Assembly (NCBI GenBank): GCA_041687695.1
Contig: JAWLBL010000022.1
Span: 32,001-96,000 of the forward strand
DNA: 64,000 bases
Direction of reading: 5' to 3'
Origin: Myxococcota bacterium
Lineage (GTDB): Bacteria > Myxococcota_A > UBA9042 > PHBI01 > JAWLBL01
Shown here one piece after another: positions 38,768 to 48,112 of the stretch. The notes beneath the pieces are model-generated. The model was not told where the DNA came from. It saw nothing but the letters and a program-made list of their open reading frames with translations, and did no database searches. The position numbers and the translations under genes are program-made. The first letter of the stretch is position 1. Every line of letters starts with the position of its first letter.

Positions 38768-40656
38768 CGGGCGGTCAGTCTCCCGTAGACGGTGGCCAGG
38801 GCGTCGGTCAGCGCCTCGGGGCGCGGCAGGATGTGCCACGCCCCCGGGCCCAACATGGTGGGGAGATAATCACGCGCGACGGCGTCGACCGCCAGCGCGT
38901 GTGTGTGGACGCCCTTTCCGGCGGCCTCGCGCAGGGCCTGGCGGATGTCCGCGATCCCGTAGCGGCCCTCGTACTGGTCGAAATCATTGGGCTTGCCGTC
39001 GCTGATGAGGAGCAGCAGGCGCCGATCGGCCGGCGTGGCCGCGAGGCCGGCCGCCGCGTGCCGGATCGCCGGGCCGATCCGGGTGTAGCCCTGCGGCTCG
39101 AGCAGCCCCAGGCGCGCCTTGCCCAGCGCCCAGGACTCCTCGAAGGCCCGCACCTTCCAGACGCGGCACTTGTTGCGGGTGTGTGAGGCGAAGGCCAGGA
39201 TCTCGAGCCGGTCGCCCAGCCGGTCGGCCACCTCGCCCAGCACCAGCACCGCCTCGCGCGCCACGTCCAGCACGCGGCGGTCGTCCACCCAGCCGTCGCT
39301 GGACAGCGACACGTCCAGCAGCACCGTGGTCGCGAAGTCCCGCCGCCGGTGGACCTGCCGCACGTACAGCCGCTGATCGCCGCCGCGCCCCGCGCGCCGC
39401 GCCGCCAGCTCGTCGACCAGCGCCGTCATGTCCACGTCGTCGCCGTCACGCTGCCGGTCCAGGTTCATCAGGCCCATCCGGTGGGCCTCCAGCCGCTTGT
39501 GCAGCCGCGTCACCTCGCGCCGCTGCCGGACCAGGGCCTCGGCCGCCCAGCGCGGGTCCCCGCCGCGGATGTCCGCCGGGTACACGACGCACCAGCCCTT
39601 GCGGTACGCGCGCCTTTTGAAGTCCCACTCGTCGTAGGGGATGCCCTTCTCGTCTGGCGCGATGGTCCCGACGTCCGGCACGTCGGCGTCGAGCTGCAGC
39701 TCGGCCTTGTAGATGCTGCTCGGCGTCTCGCCGCCGCGCAGGATCTCGCGCAGGTCCAGCTCTTCGAGCGCCTCGAGGTGCTCGTCGAGCTCGTCGTCGC
39801 CGCAGGCGTCCCGCGCGAGGCCCTGGTAGTTGTCCAGGGTCTCGGTCTTCTCGAAGGTGTGCATCAGCACGGCCTCGGCCTGCTCCTTCTCGTCGAGCAG
39901 GACGCGCTTGACCTCGTCGACCGGCGGCGCGGCGACCTCGGTCCCGTCCGGCGGGCCGCCCGGGTCTCCCTCGTTCGCGCCCGTCGTCTCGTCCAGGGTG
40001 TCGACCCGCACCAGCTCGCCCCACAGCGGGCAGGCCGGCGCGTCGACCCCGCGCGCCGAGGCGCGACGCAGCGCCGCCAGGGTCGCCGCCTCGTCCACCG
40101 GCTCGTCGCGCAGCACCCGCTGCCGCGCCTCCTCGAGCACGCGGGCCTGCGGCGACAGGCCCTCGAGCGGCGGCCGCGCTCTGAGCGTCAGCGCGCAGGC
40201 CGCGCGCCAGGCGACGCCGAAGCCCGGCAGATCGCTCCGCAGCCAGTCCACGGCGCGGACGACCCGCGTCAGGGCGGCCACGCGCGCCGCGAGCGGGTCG
40301 TCGGGCACCGGGCGGTCGAGCCCCAGGCGGCGCACCGCGGCGGCGACCACCGCCCGCGCCAGGTACAGGGCCTGGTTGCCTTCGACGTCGGGCGCGACGG
40401 CGAGCGAGGACGGCAGGAGGAGATCCCGCCCCCGCACGCCGCCGGCCCCGGCCGCCTCACGGACGCGCACCGGCTCGCCGGCGACGAGCTGCGCCACGAC
40501 CGACAGGCGGCCCGACACGTCGCCCAGGGCGACGACGTGTGACGTGTCCTCGGGCGGCCGCGCGCCGGCCCGCGACAGCCCCCGCCACAGGGCGCGGAAG
40601 GCGCGGAACAGGCCGACCTCCCACTCGAACTCCAGCTTGGGGGCTTCGCTGGCCAT
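38764..40656 (-). CDS. norD: Nitric oxide reductase activation protein NorD (vWA)
   Basis: YDEWDF, LLDVSLSSD MIDAS, YTRIGPAIRHA, ISDGKPND.D.YEGRYGI.D. Confidence 0.92.
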   Translation of the reverse strand: MASEAPKLEFEWEVGLFRAFRALWRGLSRAGARPPEDTSHVVALGDVSGRLSVVAQLVAGEPVRVREAAGAGGVRGRDLLLPSSLAVAPDVEGNQALYLARAVVAAAVRRLGLDRPVPDDPLAARVAALTRVVRAVDWLRSDLPGFGVAWRAACALTLRARPPLEGLSPQARVLEEARQRVLRDEPVDEAATLAALRRASARGVDAPACPLWGELVRVDTLDETTGANEGDPGGPPDGTEVAAPPVDEVKRVLLDEKEQAEAVLMHTFEKTETLDNYQGLARDACGDDELDEHLEALEELDLREILRGGETPSSIYKAELQLDADVPDVGTIAPDEKGIPYDEWDFKRRAYRKGWCVVYPADIRGGDPRWAAEALVRQRREVTRLHKRLEAHRMGLMNLDRQRDGDDVDMTALVDELAARRAGRGGDQRLYVRQVHRRRDFATTVLLDVSLSSDGWVDDRRVLDVAREAVLVLGEVADRLGDRLEILAFASHTRNKCRVWKVRAFEESWALGKARLGLLEPQGYTRIGPAIRHAAAGLAATPADRRLLLLISDGKPNDFDQYEGRYGIADIRQALREAAGKGVHTHALAVDAVARDYLPTMLGPGAWHILPRPEALTDALATVYGRLTAR

Positions 40657-40676
40657 CGCGTGCGTCCTCCTCAGCC

Positions 40677-41507
40677 TCAGAAGACCAGCGACACGAGGTC
40701 GCGCAGGCCGGCCGCGATCTCGCGGTCGTCGGTCAGGGGCTCGACGATGGCGGCCTGGCAGGCGATGCGCGGCGCCACGCCCGAGCCGATGAGGCGCGCG
40801 GCGTCGACCAGCAGGCGCGTCGACGGGACCTCGGCCAGGCCGAGGGTGTCCAGGGCGCGCATGCGGCCGGCCAGGGCGACCAGGCGCTTGCCGACCTTGT
40901 CGTCGACGCCGGTCTCGCCGCGCAGGATCTCCAGCTCGACGTCGGCGGCCGGGTAGTCGAAGGAGACGCCGACGAAGCGCTGGCGGGTCGAGGGCTTGAG
41001 CTCCTTCAGGCCGCGCTGGTAGCCGGGGTTGAAGCTGACGACGAGCATGAAGCCGGGGGCGGCGTCGAGCTCCTCGCCGCGGCGCTCGAGGATGAGGCGG
41101 CGGCGGTGGTCGGTCAGCGGGTGGATGACGACGATGACGTCGCTGCGGGCCTCGGCGACCTCGTCGAGGTAGAGGATGGCGCCCTGGCGGACGGCGCGGG
41201 TGACGGGGCCGTCCTGCCAGGTGGTGTCGCCGCCCGAGACGAGGTAGCGGCCGACCAGATCGACGGCGCTGGTCTCGTCGTGGCAGGCGACGGTGACGAG
41301 CGGGCGGCCGAGGCGGGCGGCCATGTGCTCGACGAAGCGGGACTTGCCGCAGCCGGTCGGGCCCTTGAGCATCACCGGCAGGTGCTGCGCGTAGGCGTGC
41401 TCGAACAGGGCCACCTCGTGGCCGACCGGGCGGTACCAGGGCAGGGGAGGGGCGGCCGCGAGCGGCTCGGGGTCGCTCGCGGAGACCCGGGCGAGGGCTG
41501 GGGTCAT
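40677..41507 (-). CDS. norQ: CbbQ/NirQ/NorQ AAA ATPase
   Basis: LKGPTGCGKSRFVEHMA, YLDEV, SFNPGYQ..LKELKPSTRQRF, STRLL. Confidence 0.95.
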   Translation of the reverse strand: MTPALARVSASDPEPLAAAPPLPWYRPVGHEVALFEHAYAQHLPVMLKGPTGCGKSRFVEHMAARLGRPLVTVACHDETSAVDLVGRYLVSGGDTTWQDGPVTRAVRQGAILYLDEVAEARSDVIVVIHPLTDHRRRLILERRGEELDAAPGFMLVVSFNPGYQRGLKELKPSTRQRFVGVSFDYPAADVELEILRGETGVDDKVGKRLVALAGRMRALDTLGLAEVPSTRLLVDAARLIGSGVAPRIACQAAIVEPLTDDREIAAGLRDLVSLVF

Positions 41508-41508
41508 G

Positions 41509-42909
41509 TCAGAGCTCCTTGGCGCTGGCGGCGCGGGCGGTGGCGGCGATGGGGAGGTCGATGTCGCCGCCGGGGGCGGTGACGCGGTCGTCGACGTCCA
41601 CGGGGCGGCCGTAGCGCCAGAAGTTCACGATGAAGAGGGCGATGCCGATGCTGAAGAGGACGGCGGCCAGGACCAGGCCCAGGAAGTGGACCTCGACGGC
41701 CTTCTGCACCTCGAGGAAGTCCATGCCCATGCGGCGCTCGAGGTAGACCTGGGCGACGCCGGCGACGCCGAAGGCGACGGTCATGGCGAGCATGCCGATG
41801 TTGGAGGTCCAGAAGGACCACTCGGGGATCCAGCCGGTGTACAGCGTGCGGCCGGTCATCTGGGGCAGGGCGTAGGAGATGATGGCGAAGACGATCATCG
41901 CGTAGGCGCCCCAGAAGGCGAGGTGCCCGTGCATCGCGGTGACCAGCGTTCCGTGGGTCCAGATGTTCACGCTGGGCAGGGTGTGGGCGAAGCCGAGGAA
42001 GCCGGCGCCGACGAAGGCGACGATGCCGCAGCCGACCGTCCAGGTGAGCGCCATCTTGTTGGGGTGGCGGCGGCCGCCCTTCTTCATCATGACGACCCCG
42101 TAGATGGCCATCGCGAGGAAGCTCAGGGGCTCGAGGGCCGAGAAGAGGCCGCCCATGGCGAGCCAGTACTCGGGGGCGCCGATCCAGTAGTAGTGGTGGC
42201 CGGTGCCGATGATGCCGCTGATGAAGGTGATGCCGACGATGACGTAGAGCCACTTCTCGATGACCTCGCGGTCGACGCCGGTCAGCTTGATGAGCAGGAA
42301 GCTCATGATGGCGCCCATGATGAGCTCCCAGACGCCCTCGACCCACAGGTGCACGACCCACCAGCGGAAGTACGAGTCGCGGACCTGGTTCTCGAACGGG
42401 ATCATGCCCGGCAAGTAGAGCAGGGCGGCCGAGACCAGGCCGATGAGGAGCACGACGTTGGTGGTCGTGAAGCGTTTGGCGCGCAGGGCCGTGATGCCGA
42501 TGTTCGCGATGAACATCAGGACGTTGACGACGACCAGGTAGTCGAGCGGCCGGGGGATCTCGAGGAACTTGCGGCCCTCCCACCAGTTGAAGTGGAAGCC
42601 GATGATGGCGGTGACGCCCACGATGAGCAGCGAGGCCCACTGGATGATGGCCAGCTTCGGGCTCCACAGCTCGCGGTCGGCCTCCTCGGGGACGATGTAG
42701 TAGGCGGCGCCCATGAAGCCCATCAGCAGCCACATGACCAGCAGGTTCGTGTGGGTGGCGCGGGCGGTGTTGAAGGGGACCCAGTCGTGCAGGCCGTCGT
42801 AGCCCATGTGGGCGAAGCCCATGATGAAGCCGTAGACGATTTGCAGGCTCAGCAGGAGCATGCAGGTCGCGAAGAACGGGTACGCGACCTTCTGGGACTT
42901 GAACTTCAT
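41509..42909 (-). CDS. norB: cNOR nitric oxide reductase large subunit
   Basis: WWVVHLWVEGVWEL, GTGHHYYWIG, LEP, HGHLAFWGAY. Confidence 0.96.
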   Translation of the reverse strand: MKFKSQKVAYPFFATCMLLLSLQIVYGFIMGFAHMGYDGLHDWVPFNTARATHTNLLVMWLLMGFMGAAYYIVPEEADRELWSPKLAIIQWASLLIVGVTAIIGFHFNWWEGRKFLEIPRPLDYLVVVNVLMFIANIGITALRAKRFTTTNVVLLIGLVSAALLYLPGMIPFENQVRDSYFRWWVVHLWVEGVWELIMGAIMSFLLIKLTGVDREVIEKWLYVIVGITFISGIIGTGHHYYWIGAPEYWLAMGGLFSALEPLSFLAMAIYGVVMMKKGGRRHPNKMALTWTVGCGIVAFVGAGFLGFAHTLPSVNIWTHGTLVTAMHGHLAFWGAYAMIVFAIISYALPQMTGRTLYTGWIPEWSFWTSNIGMLAMTVAFGVAGVAQVYLERRMGMDFLEVQKAVEVHFLGLVLAAVLFSIGIALFIVNFWRYGRPVDVDDRVTAPGGDIDLPIAATARAASAKEL

Positions 42910-42964
42910 GGGTGGCTCTCCTCGGGACGTCGGGATGTGGGGGTGGGGTGGCGGTCGCGTCCGG

Positions 42965-43654
42965 TCACTTCAGGGTCAGCAGCCAGTCGACCAGCTCGGC
43001 GCGCTGGTCGTCGGTCAGGGGCATCTTCGGCATGGCGGTGCCGGGCTTGACCGACTGCGGGTCGGCGATCCACTGGTCGAGGGCTGCGCGGTCGGCGAAG
43101 CGGCTGCCCACGCCGTCGAGGGCCGGGCCGACCTTGCCGCCGGTGCCGCCGACCGAGTGGCAGGCCGTGCACAGCTGGGCGAAGGTGCCGGGGGCGCTGT
43201 CGAGCGAGGCGGCGCCAGCGGCGACGACCGGCTTGGGCGCCATGTCCGGGTCGCGCGGGAAGCCGTTGGTGTCGATGTTGCCGTTCCACTCGAGGAAGGC
43301 GATGAGCGCCTCGATCTCGGGCTCCGAGAGGTCGTACTGGACCATCTTGCGCTCGCCGGGGAACATCCCCTGAGGGTCCTTCAGGAACAGGCGCAGCCAC
43401 TCCTTGCCGCGCCGCTCCACGACCTTGGTCAGCTCGGGCGCGTAGTAGGCCCCCTCGCCGAGCAAGGTGTGGCAGCCCATGCAGTTGTTGTCCTCCCAGA
43501 TCTCCTTTCCGTGCACGACCTCGGCGGTCATCAGGTGCTCGTTGGAGCGTTCGGGGACCTGCCGCAGGGTGTCGACGGTCAAACCGAGGAAGACGGCCGA
43601 GAACCCGGCCGTCGTGACGACGAAGAACAGTCTGGCTTGTGATTTCGAGAGCAT
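42965..43654 (-). CDS. norC: cNOR cytochrome c subunit with a second C-terminal heme c domain
   Basis: ATG 43654 MLSKSQAR..F; NNCMGCHTLLGEGAYYAPELT; second domain CTACH...GPALDG...PGTAMP. Confidence 0.93.
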   Translation of the reverse strand: MLSKSQARLFFVVTTAGFSAVFLGLTVDTLRQVPERSNEHLMTAEVVHGKEIWEDNNCMGCHTLLGEGAYYAPELTKVVERRGKEWLRLFLKDPQGMFPGERKMVQYDLSEPEIEALIAFLEWNGNIDTNGFPRDPDMAPKPVVAAGAASLDSAPGTFAQLCTACHSVGGTGGKVGPALDGVGSRFADRAALDQWIADPQSVKPGTAMPKMPLTDDQRAELVDWLLTLK

Positions 43655-43693
43655 CGGGGTCACTCCGGGTTCAGCGGACCTGGCTGTCCGATT

Positions 43694-43709
43694 TGCACGC
43701 GGCGTGCCA
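43694..43709 (-). promoter_or_regulatory. Sigma-54 promoter of norCBQD
   Basis: Minus strand TGGCAC-GCCGC-GTGCA; exact GG-N10-GC spacing, 40 bp upstream of the norC ATG. Confidence 0.75.
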
Positions 43710-43851
43710 CCTCCCACGCCCCGTGTTCGCGCGCGCTCTGGCCGCCTGCCGGCCTCGGCAGCGGGCGAATTGACACGCGTGCGGCGTGCGAGATGACCCA
43801 GCTCCCCCGGCGCGGCCCGTTCGGGGCGTCCAGCGGCCGGTCCTTCGGCGC

Positions 43852-43867
43852 TGGCACGTCCATTGCT
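43852..43867 (+). promoter_or_regulatory. Sigma-54 promoter of the CBS-domain gene
   Basis: TGGCAC-GTCCA-TTGCT, matching consensus TGGCAC-N5-TTGCW. Confidence 0.8.
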
Positions 43868-43948
43868 GTGATCCAGGTCATCCCACCGAGCGGTCGACCC
43901 GGGTCGCGCCGACCCCGTGGCCTGCTCGGAGCTTTGAGAGGAAACCCG

Positions 43949-44374
43949 ATGAAGCGCAGCGAGCGAGTGTCCGAGATCATGAGCCAGGACGTCGTCACCT
44001 TGCGGCTCGAGGACCGCCTCAGCGAGATCCGCGGCACCATGATCGAGCACCACATCCACCACCTGCCGGTGGTCGACGGCGGCCGCCTCGTCGGGATGCT
44101 GAGCTGGTCCGATCTGCTGCGCGTCAGCTTCGGCGACGTCATCGGGCAGGACCCCGAGTCCGCCGACAAGCTGCTCGACCACGTCTCCTCGGTCGCCGAG
44201 ACGATGTCCCGCGACCTCGTCACCCTGGCGCCCGACGACACCATCCGCCACGCCGCCAGCCTGCTCGCCGAGGGGCGCTTCCACGCGCTGCCGGTGGTCG
44301 ATGATGGCCGCGTCGTCGGGATGCTCTCGTCGACCGATCTGGTCCGCTACCTCTACAAGCAGTACTGGGCCTAG
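43949..44374 (+). CDS. CBS domain pair protein
   Basis: VSEIMS..VVT, IHHLPVVD..RLVGMLS..DL, FHALPVVD..RVVGMLSSTDL. Confidence 0.92.
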   Translation: MKRSERVSEIMSQDVVTLRLEDRLSEIRGTMIEHHIHHLPVVDGGRLVGMLSWSDLLRVSFGDVIGQDPESADKLLDHVSSVAETMSRDLVTLAPDDTIRHAASLLAEGRFHALPVVDDGRVVGMLSSTDLVRYLYKQYWA

Positions 44375-44379
44375 CCGCC

Positions 44380-45072
44380 ATGGATGGCGAGGTAGGCAAC
44401 GCCCCCTGCCGCTGCGCCGGTCACGCCGCCCCCAGCGGCGACCTGACCGGCGCGCGCCCCCGCGTCGTCGTCCTCACGGGCGGCCCCGGCGCGGGCAAGA
44501 CCGCCGTCCTCGAGCTGGCCCGACGCCGCTTCTGCGCGCACGTCGAGGTCCTGCCCGAGTCGGCCAGCATCCTCTTCGGCGGCGGCTTCCCGCGCCGCGG
44601 CTCGCACGGCGCCCGCAAGGCCGCCCAGCGCGCCATCTTCCGGGTGCAGCGCGAGCTCGAGGCCGTCGCCCACGCCGACGGCGACCGCTCGGTCGTCCTG
44701 TGCGACCGCGGCACGCTCGACGGCCTGGCCTACTGGCCCGAGGGCTCCGAGAGCTTCTTCGCCGAGCTGGGCACCACCGCGGAGGCCGAGCTCGCCCGCT
44801 ACGACGTCGTCATCCACCTGCGGACGCCGCCGCCGGGGGCCTACGACCACGTCAACCCGCTGCGCACCGAGTCCGCCGCCCAGGCGGCCCTCATCGACGT
44901 CCGCATCGCCGAGGCCTGGGCCCGCCACCCGCGCCGGGTCGTCATCGACAGCACCAGCGACTTCTTCGACAAGGCCGCCGCCGCGCTCGCGGCGATCTCG
45001 GCCGAGGTCCCCCCGTGCTGCCGATCGGCCGGGACCCTCGTCCGCGCGACGAGCCCCGCCCCCGTCTCCTGA
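44380..45072 (+). CDS. P-loop NTPase (AAA_28/NadR-like)
   Basis: VVLTGGPGAGKT, PESA, LCDRGTLD, YD.VIHL. Confidence 0.85.
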   Translation: MDGEVGNAPCRCAGHAAPSGDLTGARPRVVVLTGGPGAGKTAVLELARRRFCAHVEVLPESASILFGGGFPRRGSHGARKAAQRAIFRVQRELEAVAHADGDRSVVLCDRGTLDGLAYWPEGSESFFAELGTTAEAELARYDVVIHLRTPPPGAYDHVNPLRTESAAQAALIDVRIAEAWARHPRRVVIDSTSDFFDKAAAALAAISAEVPPCCRSAGTLVRATSPAPVS

Positions 45073-45155
45073 CGAGGGCGGGCCGCCCGGCCGCTGGTTC
45101 GAGGCCCCGCTTCTTGCGACGAGCCCCGCCCCCGTCTCCTGACGAGGGCGGGCCG
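45046..45155. repeat. Exact 40-bp direct repeat (70-bp period) carrying a hairpin between convergent genes; likely duplicated terminator
   Basis: GCGACGAGCCCCGCCCCCGTCTCCTGACGAGGGCGGGCCG at 45046-45085 and 45116-45155. Confidence 0.85.
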
Positions 45156-45175
45156 TCGTCAGCGGGCCGCGCGCC

Positions 45176-46441
45176 TCAGAACGTCCCCTGGACCGACAGG
45201 TACAGGCCCAGGTCGGCGTCGTCCCCGCCGATGATCGCCTCGAGCCCCGCGTCCGGCACCATCAGGAACGCCCCCGCGAAGGCCTCGAGCTGCGGCATCG
45301 GCGTCCACGTCACCGTCCCGTCGACCTCCCAGCCGAAGGCCTCGGGGCCCCCACGCGGCTCGGCCGCCAGGAACCGGTGCACGTCCAGCCCCAGGCGCCA
45401 GTCGGGCGCCGGCGTCGCCGCCAGCTTCAGCGCCAGGTCGACCAGCCCCTGCTGCTGCGTCTGCGCGGGGATGTTGATGAAGAAGTCGGCGAACCCGTAG
45501 AAGGCGTGGTTGGTGCCGTACAGCGTGTCGAAGGCCCTGACGGTCCCGTCGGTCGGGTCGTCGTCGCCGCTCAGGTAGTCGGCCCAGAGCGTCACCTGCA
45601 GCCACGAGACGCCGGGCACCCGCGTCCCCACCGCGCCGGCCAGCAGGAACGCCGAGATGTCTCGGTCGCCGGCCTCGCCGGTCTGGTAGTAGCCCTCGAC
45701 CCGCAGGTCGACGGGTCCGAGCTTCAGCTTGTCCCACAGGCCCAGCGTCGCCCGCGTCAGGTCGTCGCGGTAGCGGTGCTCGGCCAGCCCATACAGCGAC
45801 AGCGCGTTCTTCTGGCCGGCCAGCTCGTGCTCCAGCCGCGCCACGGCCCCGGTCAGGAACATGGTCTCGTTGGGCGGGATCAGCTCCGAGCGGTTGCCCA
45901 GCGCGTCCTCGACGTCCAGCACCTGCGCGTACAGGGCGTCGACCTGCCAGCCGGCCTCGGGTGGCGCGTAGCGCAGCCGCACGGCGTCGAAGCTGCGGCC
46001 CTGCGGCGTCCAGCCGACCGGCCCGATGAGGCGCTGCTCGTCGTAGGACAGCTCCTGCCGGCCGATGCGCGCCACCAGCCCCGGCGTCAGCAGCGGGAGA
46101 TCCAGGTAGGCCTGGTGCACGTCCAGCCCGTCGGCCGAGTAGTCGAACAGGGTATGCAGCTCCTCGCCCCAGGCGCGCACGTCCTGGATCTGCACGAAGA
46201 CCGACGGCCCCTGCTGCAGCGCGACCCCCAGCCCCAGGCGCGTGCGCTGCTCGACCCAGGTGTGCGAGGGGTCGCCGCTGTCGCCGTCTCGTCCCTGGTG
46301 GTGGTTGACGCGGGTGCGCACCTGGACGGGAGCGGTCACGCCCTCGGCCAGCGGGACGGCGAAGGCGGGGGCGGCGGCGAGGGGGGAGGCGGTCAGCAGC
46401 GCCGCCGCGGCGAGTCGTGACATGCGTCGTTTTCGTGGCAT
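45176..46441 (-). CDS. Alginate export family outer-membrane beta-barrel
   Basis: QRTRLG, VQIQDVR.WG, HQAY, GRQELSYD.QRLIG.VGW...GRSFDA, YGTNH.FYG.AD, GWEVD; C-terminal Phe. Confidence 0.88.
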   Translation of the reverse strand: MPRKRRMSRLAAAALLTASPLAAAPAFAVPLAEGVTAPVQVRTRVNHHQGRDGDSGDPSHTWVEQRTRLGLGVALQQGPSVFVQIQDVRAWGEELHTLFDYSADGLDVHQAYLDLPLLTPGLVARIGRQELSYDEQRLIGPVGWTPQGRSFDAVRLRYAPPEAGWQVDALYAQVLDVEDALGNRSELIPPNETMFLTGAVARLEHELAGQKNALSLYGLAEHRYRDDLTRATLGLWDKLKLGPVDLRVEGYYQTGEAGDRDISAFLLAGAVGTRVPGVSWLQVTLWADYLSGDDDPTDGTVRAFDTLYGTNHAFYGFADFFINIPAQTQQQGLVDLALKLAATPAPDWRLGLDVHRFLAAEPRGGPEAFGWEVDGTVTWTPMPQLEAFAGAFLMVPDAGLEAIIGGDDADLGLYLSVQGTF

Positions 46442-46519
46442 CGGGCACCCCGGGGTCGTGTGAACGCGCCCCCCGCCGCGGCCTTCCTGGGCTCCGCGCG
46501 GGGGCGCAACCCCGGATGC

Positions 46520-46536
46520 AGCAAGGTTCGGGCCAA
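46520..46536 (-). promoter_or_regulatory. Sigma-54 promoter of the alginate-export-like porin gene
   Basis: Minus strand TTGGCCC-GAACC-TTGCT; GG-N10-GC. Confidence 0.7.
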
Positions 46537-46609
46537 CTCGGACGGGCGTGTCCCGGTTGTTGGGGCCATGAGCCGCCCCTGCGCAACCCTCTGGGCGTCG
46601 CCGTGGCCC

Positions 46610-47023
46610 TCAGACCTTCGACCACCGGGCCGCGCCGCGCCCCAGCGCCAACGCTCCGAACAGCAGCCCGGCGTCGCGCAGCGCCAGCGCCATCTGCTCG
46701 CCGGCCACCGCGGCGTTCAGCGCCAACAGCGCGAACCACAGCGCCAGCGCGTACCCGCCCAGCCGCGCCGACATCGCCACGCCGACACCCAGCGCGATCT
46801 CGACGAGGCCGACGACCTTGATCAGCGTCAGCGCCCCCAGGGGCGCCGCGTCGAGCACCGCGGGCGCGATGACGGGCGGCCCACCGCCCAGGAACCCCAG
46901 GAACTTGTCCAGGCCCAGGACGATCGGCAGGACGGCCATCGCGGCGTGCAGGATGAGGAAGCCCTGTCGGGCGGGATCGGCCGGCGCGCTGGCGCGGCGG
47001 CGCGGGAGCTCGTGGACGGTCAT
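46610..47023 (-). CDS. DoxX-like small membrane protein
   Basis: ATG 47023 with AAGGAGG; P...GLDKF, VG.VEI..G, ALRD.GL...ALAL. Confidence 0.75.
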   Translation of the reverse strand: MTVHELPRRRASAPADPARQGFLILHAAMAVLPIVLGLDKFLGFLGGGPPVIAPAVLDAAPLGALTLIKVVGLVEIALGVGVAMSARLGGYALALWFALLALNAAVAGEQMALALRDAGLLFGALALGRGAARWSKV

Positions 47024-47206
47024 GACGCGCCCTCCTTGGCGGCTGCGGCGCGGGCCCGGCAGGGGCGGCGCCGTGGCGAGAGCGTTGGCGGCCAATCCCG
47101 AGGGGCCGCGCGCAGCGAGGGGTTCGGGCGCGCGGTGCGGGCGTCGAGGCCGAACCCGAGCATGCCACGGCCCCCGCGCCCCGCCGAGCCCCCGGTCGGG
47201 CCACCG
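47008..47206. repeat. ~200-bp dispersed element, copy 1 (includes RBS and first codons of the DoxX-like gene)
   Basis: Aligns to 49714-49910 (GCTCGTGGACGGTCAT, CGCGCCCTCCTTGGCGGCTGCGGCGCGGGC, GGCCAATCCCGAGGGGCCGCGCG, CGGGCGTCGAGGCC, GTCGGGCCACCG). Confidence 0.9.
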
Positions 47207-47296
47207 CCCGACGCGTGCCATGGGCTCGGGGGCTGAGACGCGCCCAGGCGGCCGACCGGGTTGCGTCCCTGCCCTGCACCGTGGGAAGCTGGCGAG

Positions 47297-48025
47297 ATGA
47301 GCGCAGCGCCCTCCCAACTCACGACCCCATCCGGTTCCCAGGTCTCGCGTGTGCCGCCTCGCTGGAGGTGGGTCGACCTGGCGTTTCGCCTCGCCGAGTG
47401 GGAGGTCCTCATCCACCTCTGCACGGTCGTGGTCGGGGTGGTGGTTTCGGCCTCGATGGGGGGTGCGGACGTCAACGAGGGTGTCCTCGGGGCCATCGTC
47501 CCACTGACCTACTTCGTGCGTGTCGCCATGGAGCTCATCGGGTTCGGGCTGCTGGTATCCGCGGCGCGCTCGCTCCCCGGTGGACTCGCTGGCCGTGTGG
47601 CGGCTTGCGCCTGGATTGGCCTCGTCTGCATCGCGTTGCGAACGACCTTCGACGTGGTCGCCCTCGTCGCGACCGAGTTCGCCGTCGAACATCTGCTGTT
47701 CGTCTTCGAGCTGACCCCGCTGGTGCCTCTGGTCGCCATGGGCGCCCTCATGCTGGTGGCGCGCGGCGTCATCAAGCGGTTGGCACCGTCGAGCTCGACG
47801 CGAACGGCCGAGCTGCAGCTCGCGCTCATCGGCGTCGCGATCGCCTATCACCTGAGCGCGACCTACACCGACGCGCTGGCCGCGATCCCAGGGGGCGTTC
47901 TTGCGATCGTCGTGCTGCTCTCACGCCTCGTAGGGCTGATCCTCTACCTGCGGGCGCTCCGCCAGGCGCGCCGAGCGCTCGCCGCGACCCGCGACACCAC
48001 CGCCATGGCCGAGGTCTTCTCCTGA
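47297..48025 (+). CDS. Hypothetical multi-TM membrane protein
   Basis: About 6 hydrophobic helices; no recognised motif. Confidence 0.6.
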   Translation: MSAAPSQLTTPSGSQVSRVPPRWRWVDLAFRLAEWEVLIHLCTVVVGVVVSASMGGADVNEGVLGAIVPLTYFVRVAMELIGFGLLVSAARSLPGGLAGRVAACAWIGLVCIALRTTFDVVALVATEFAVEHLLFVFELTPLVPLVAMGALMLVARGVIKRLAPSSSTRTAELQLALIGVAIAYHLSATYTDALAAIPGGVLAIVVLLSRLVGLILYLRALRQARRALAATRDTTAMAEVFS

Positions 48026-48112
48026 GCCCGTCGCCGCTCGACCTCAGGAGATTGCGGCCAGGCCAGCCGTCTAGATCCCCAAACCTCGAACCCGCACCTT
48101 CCGAGGACCCCC

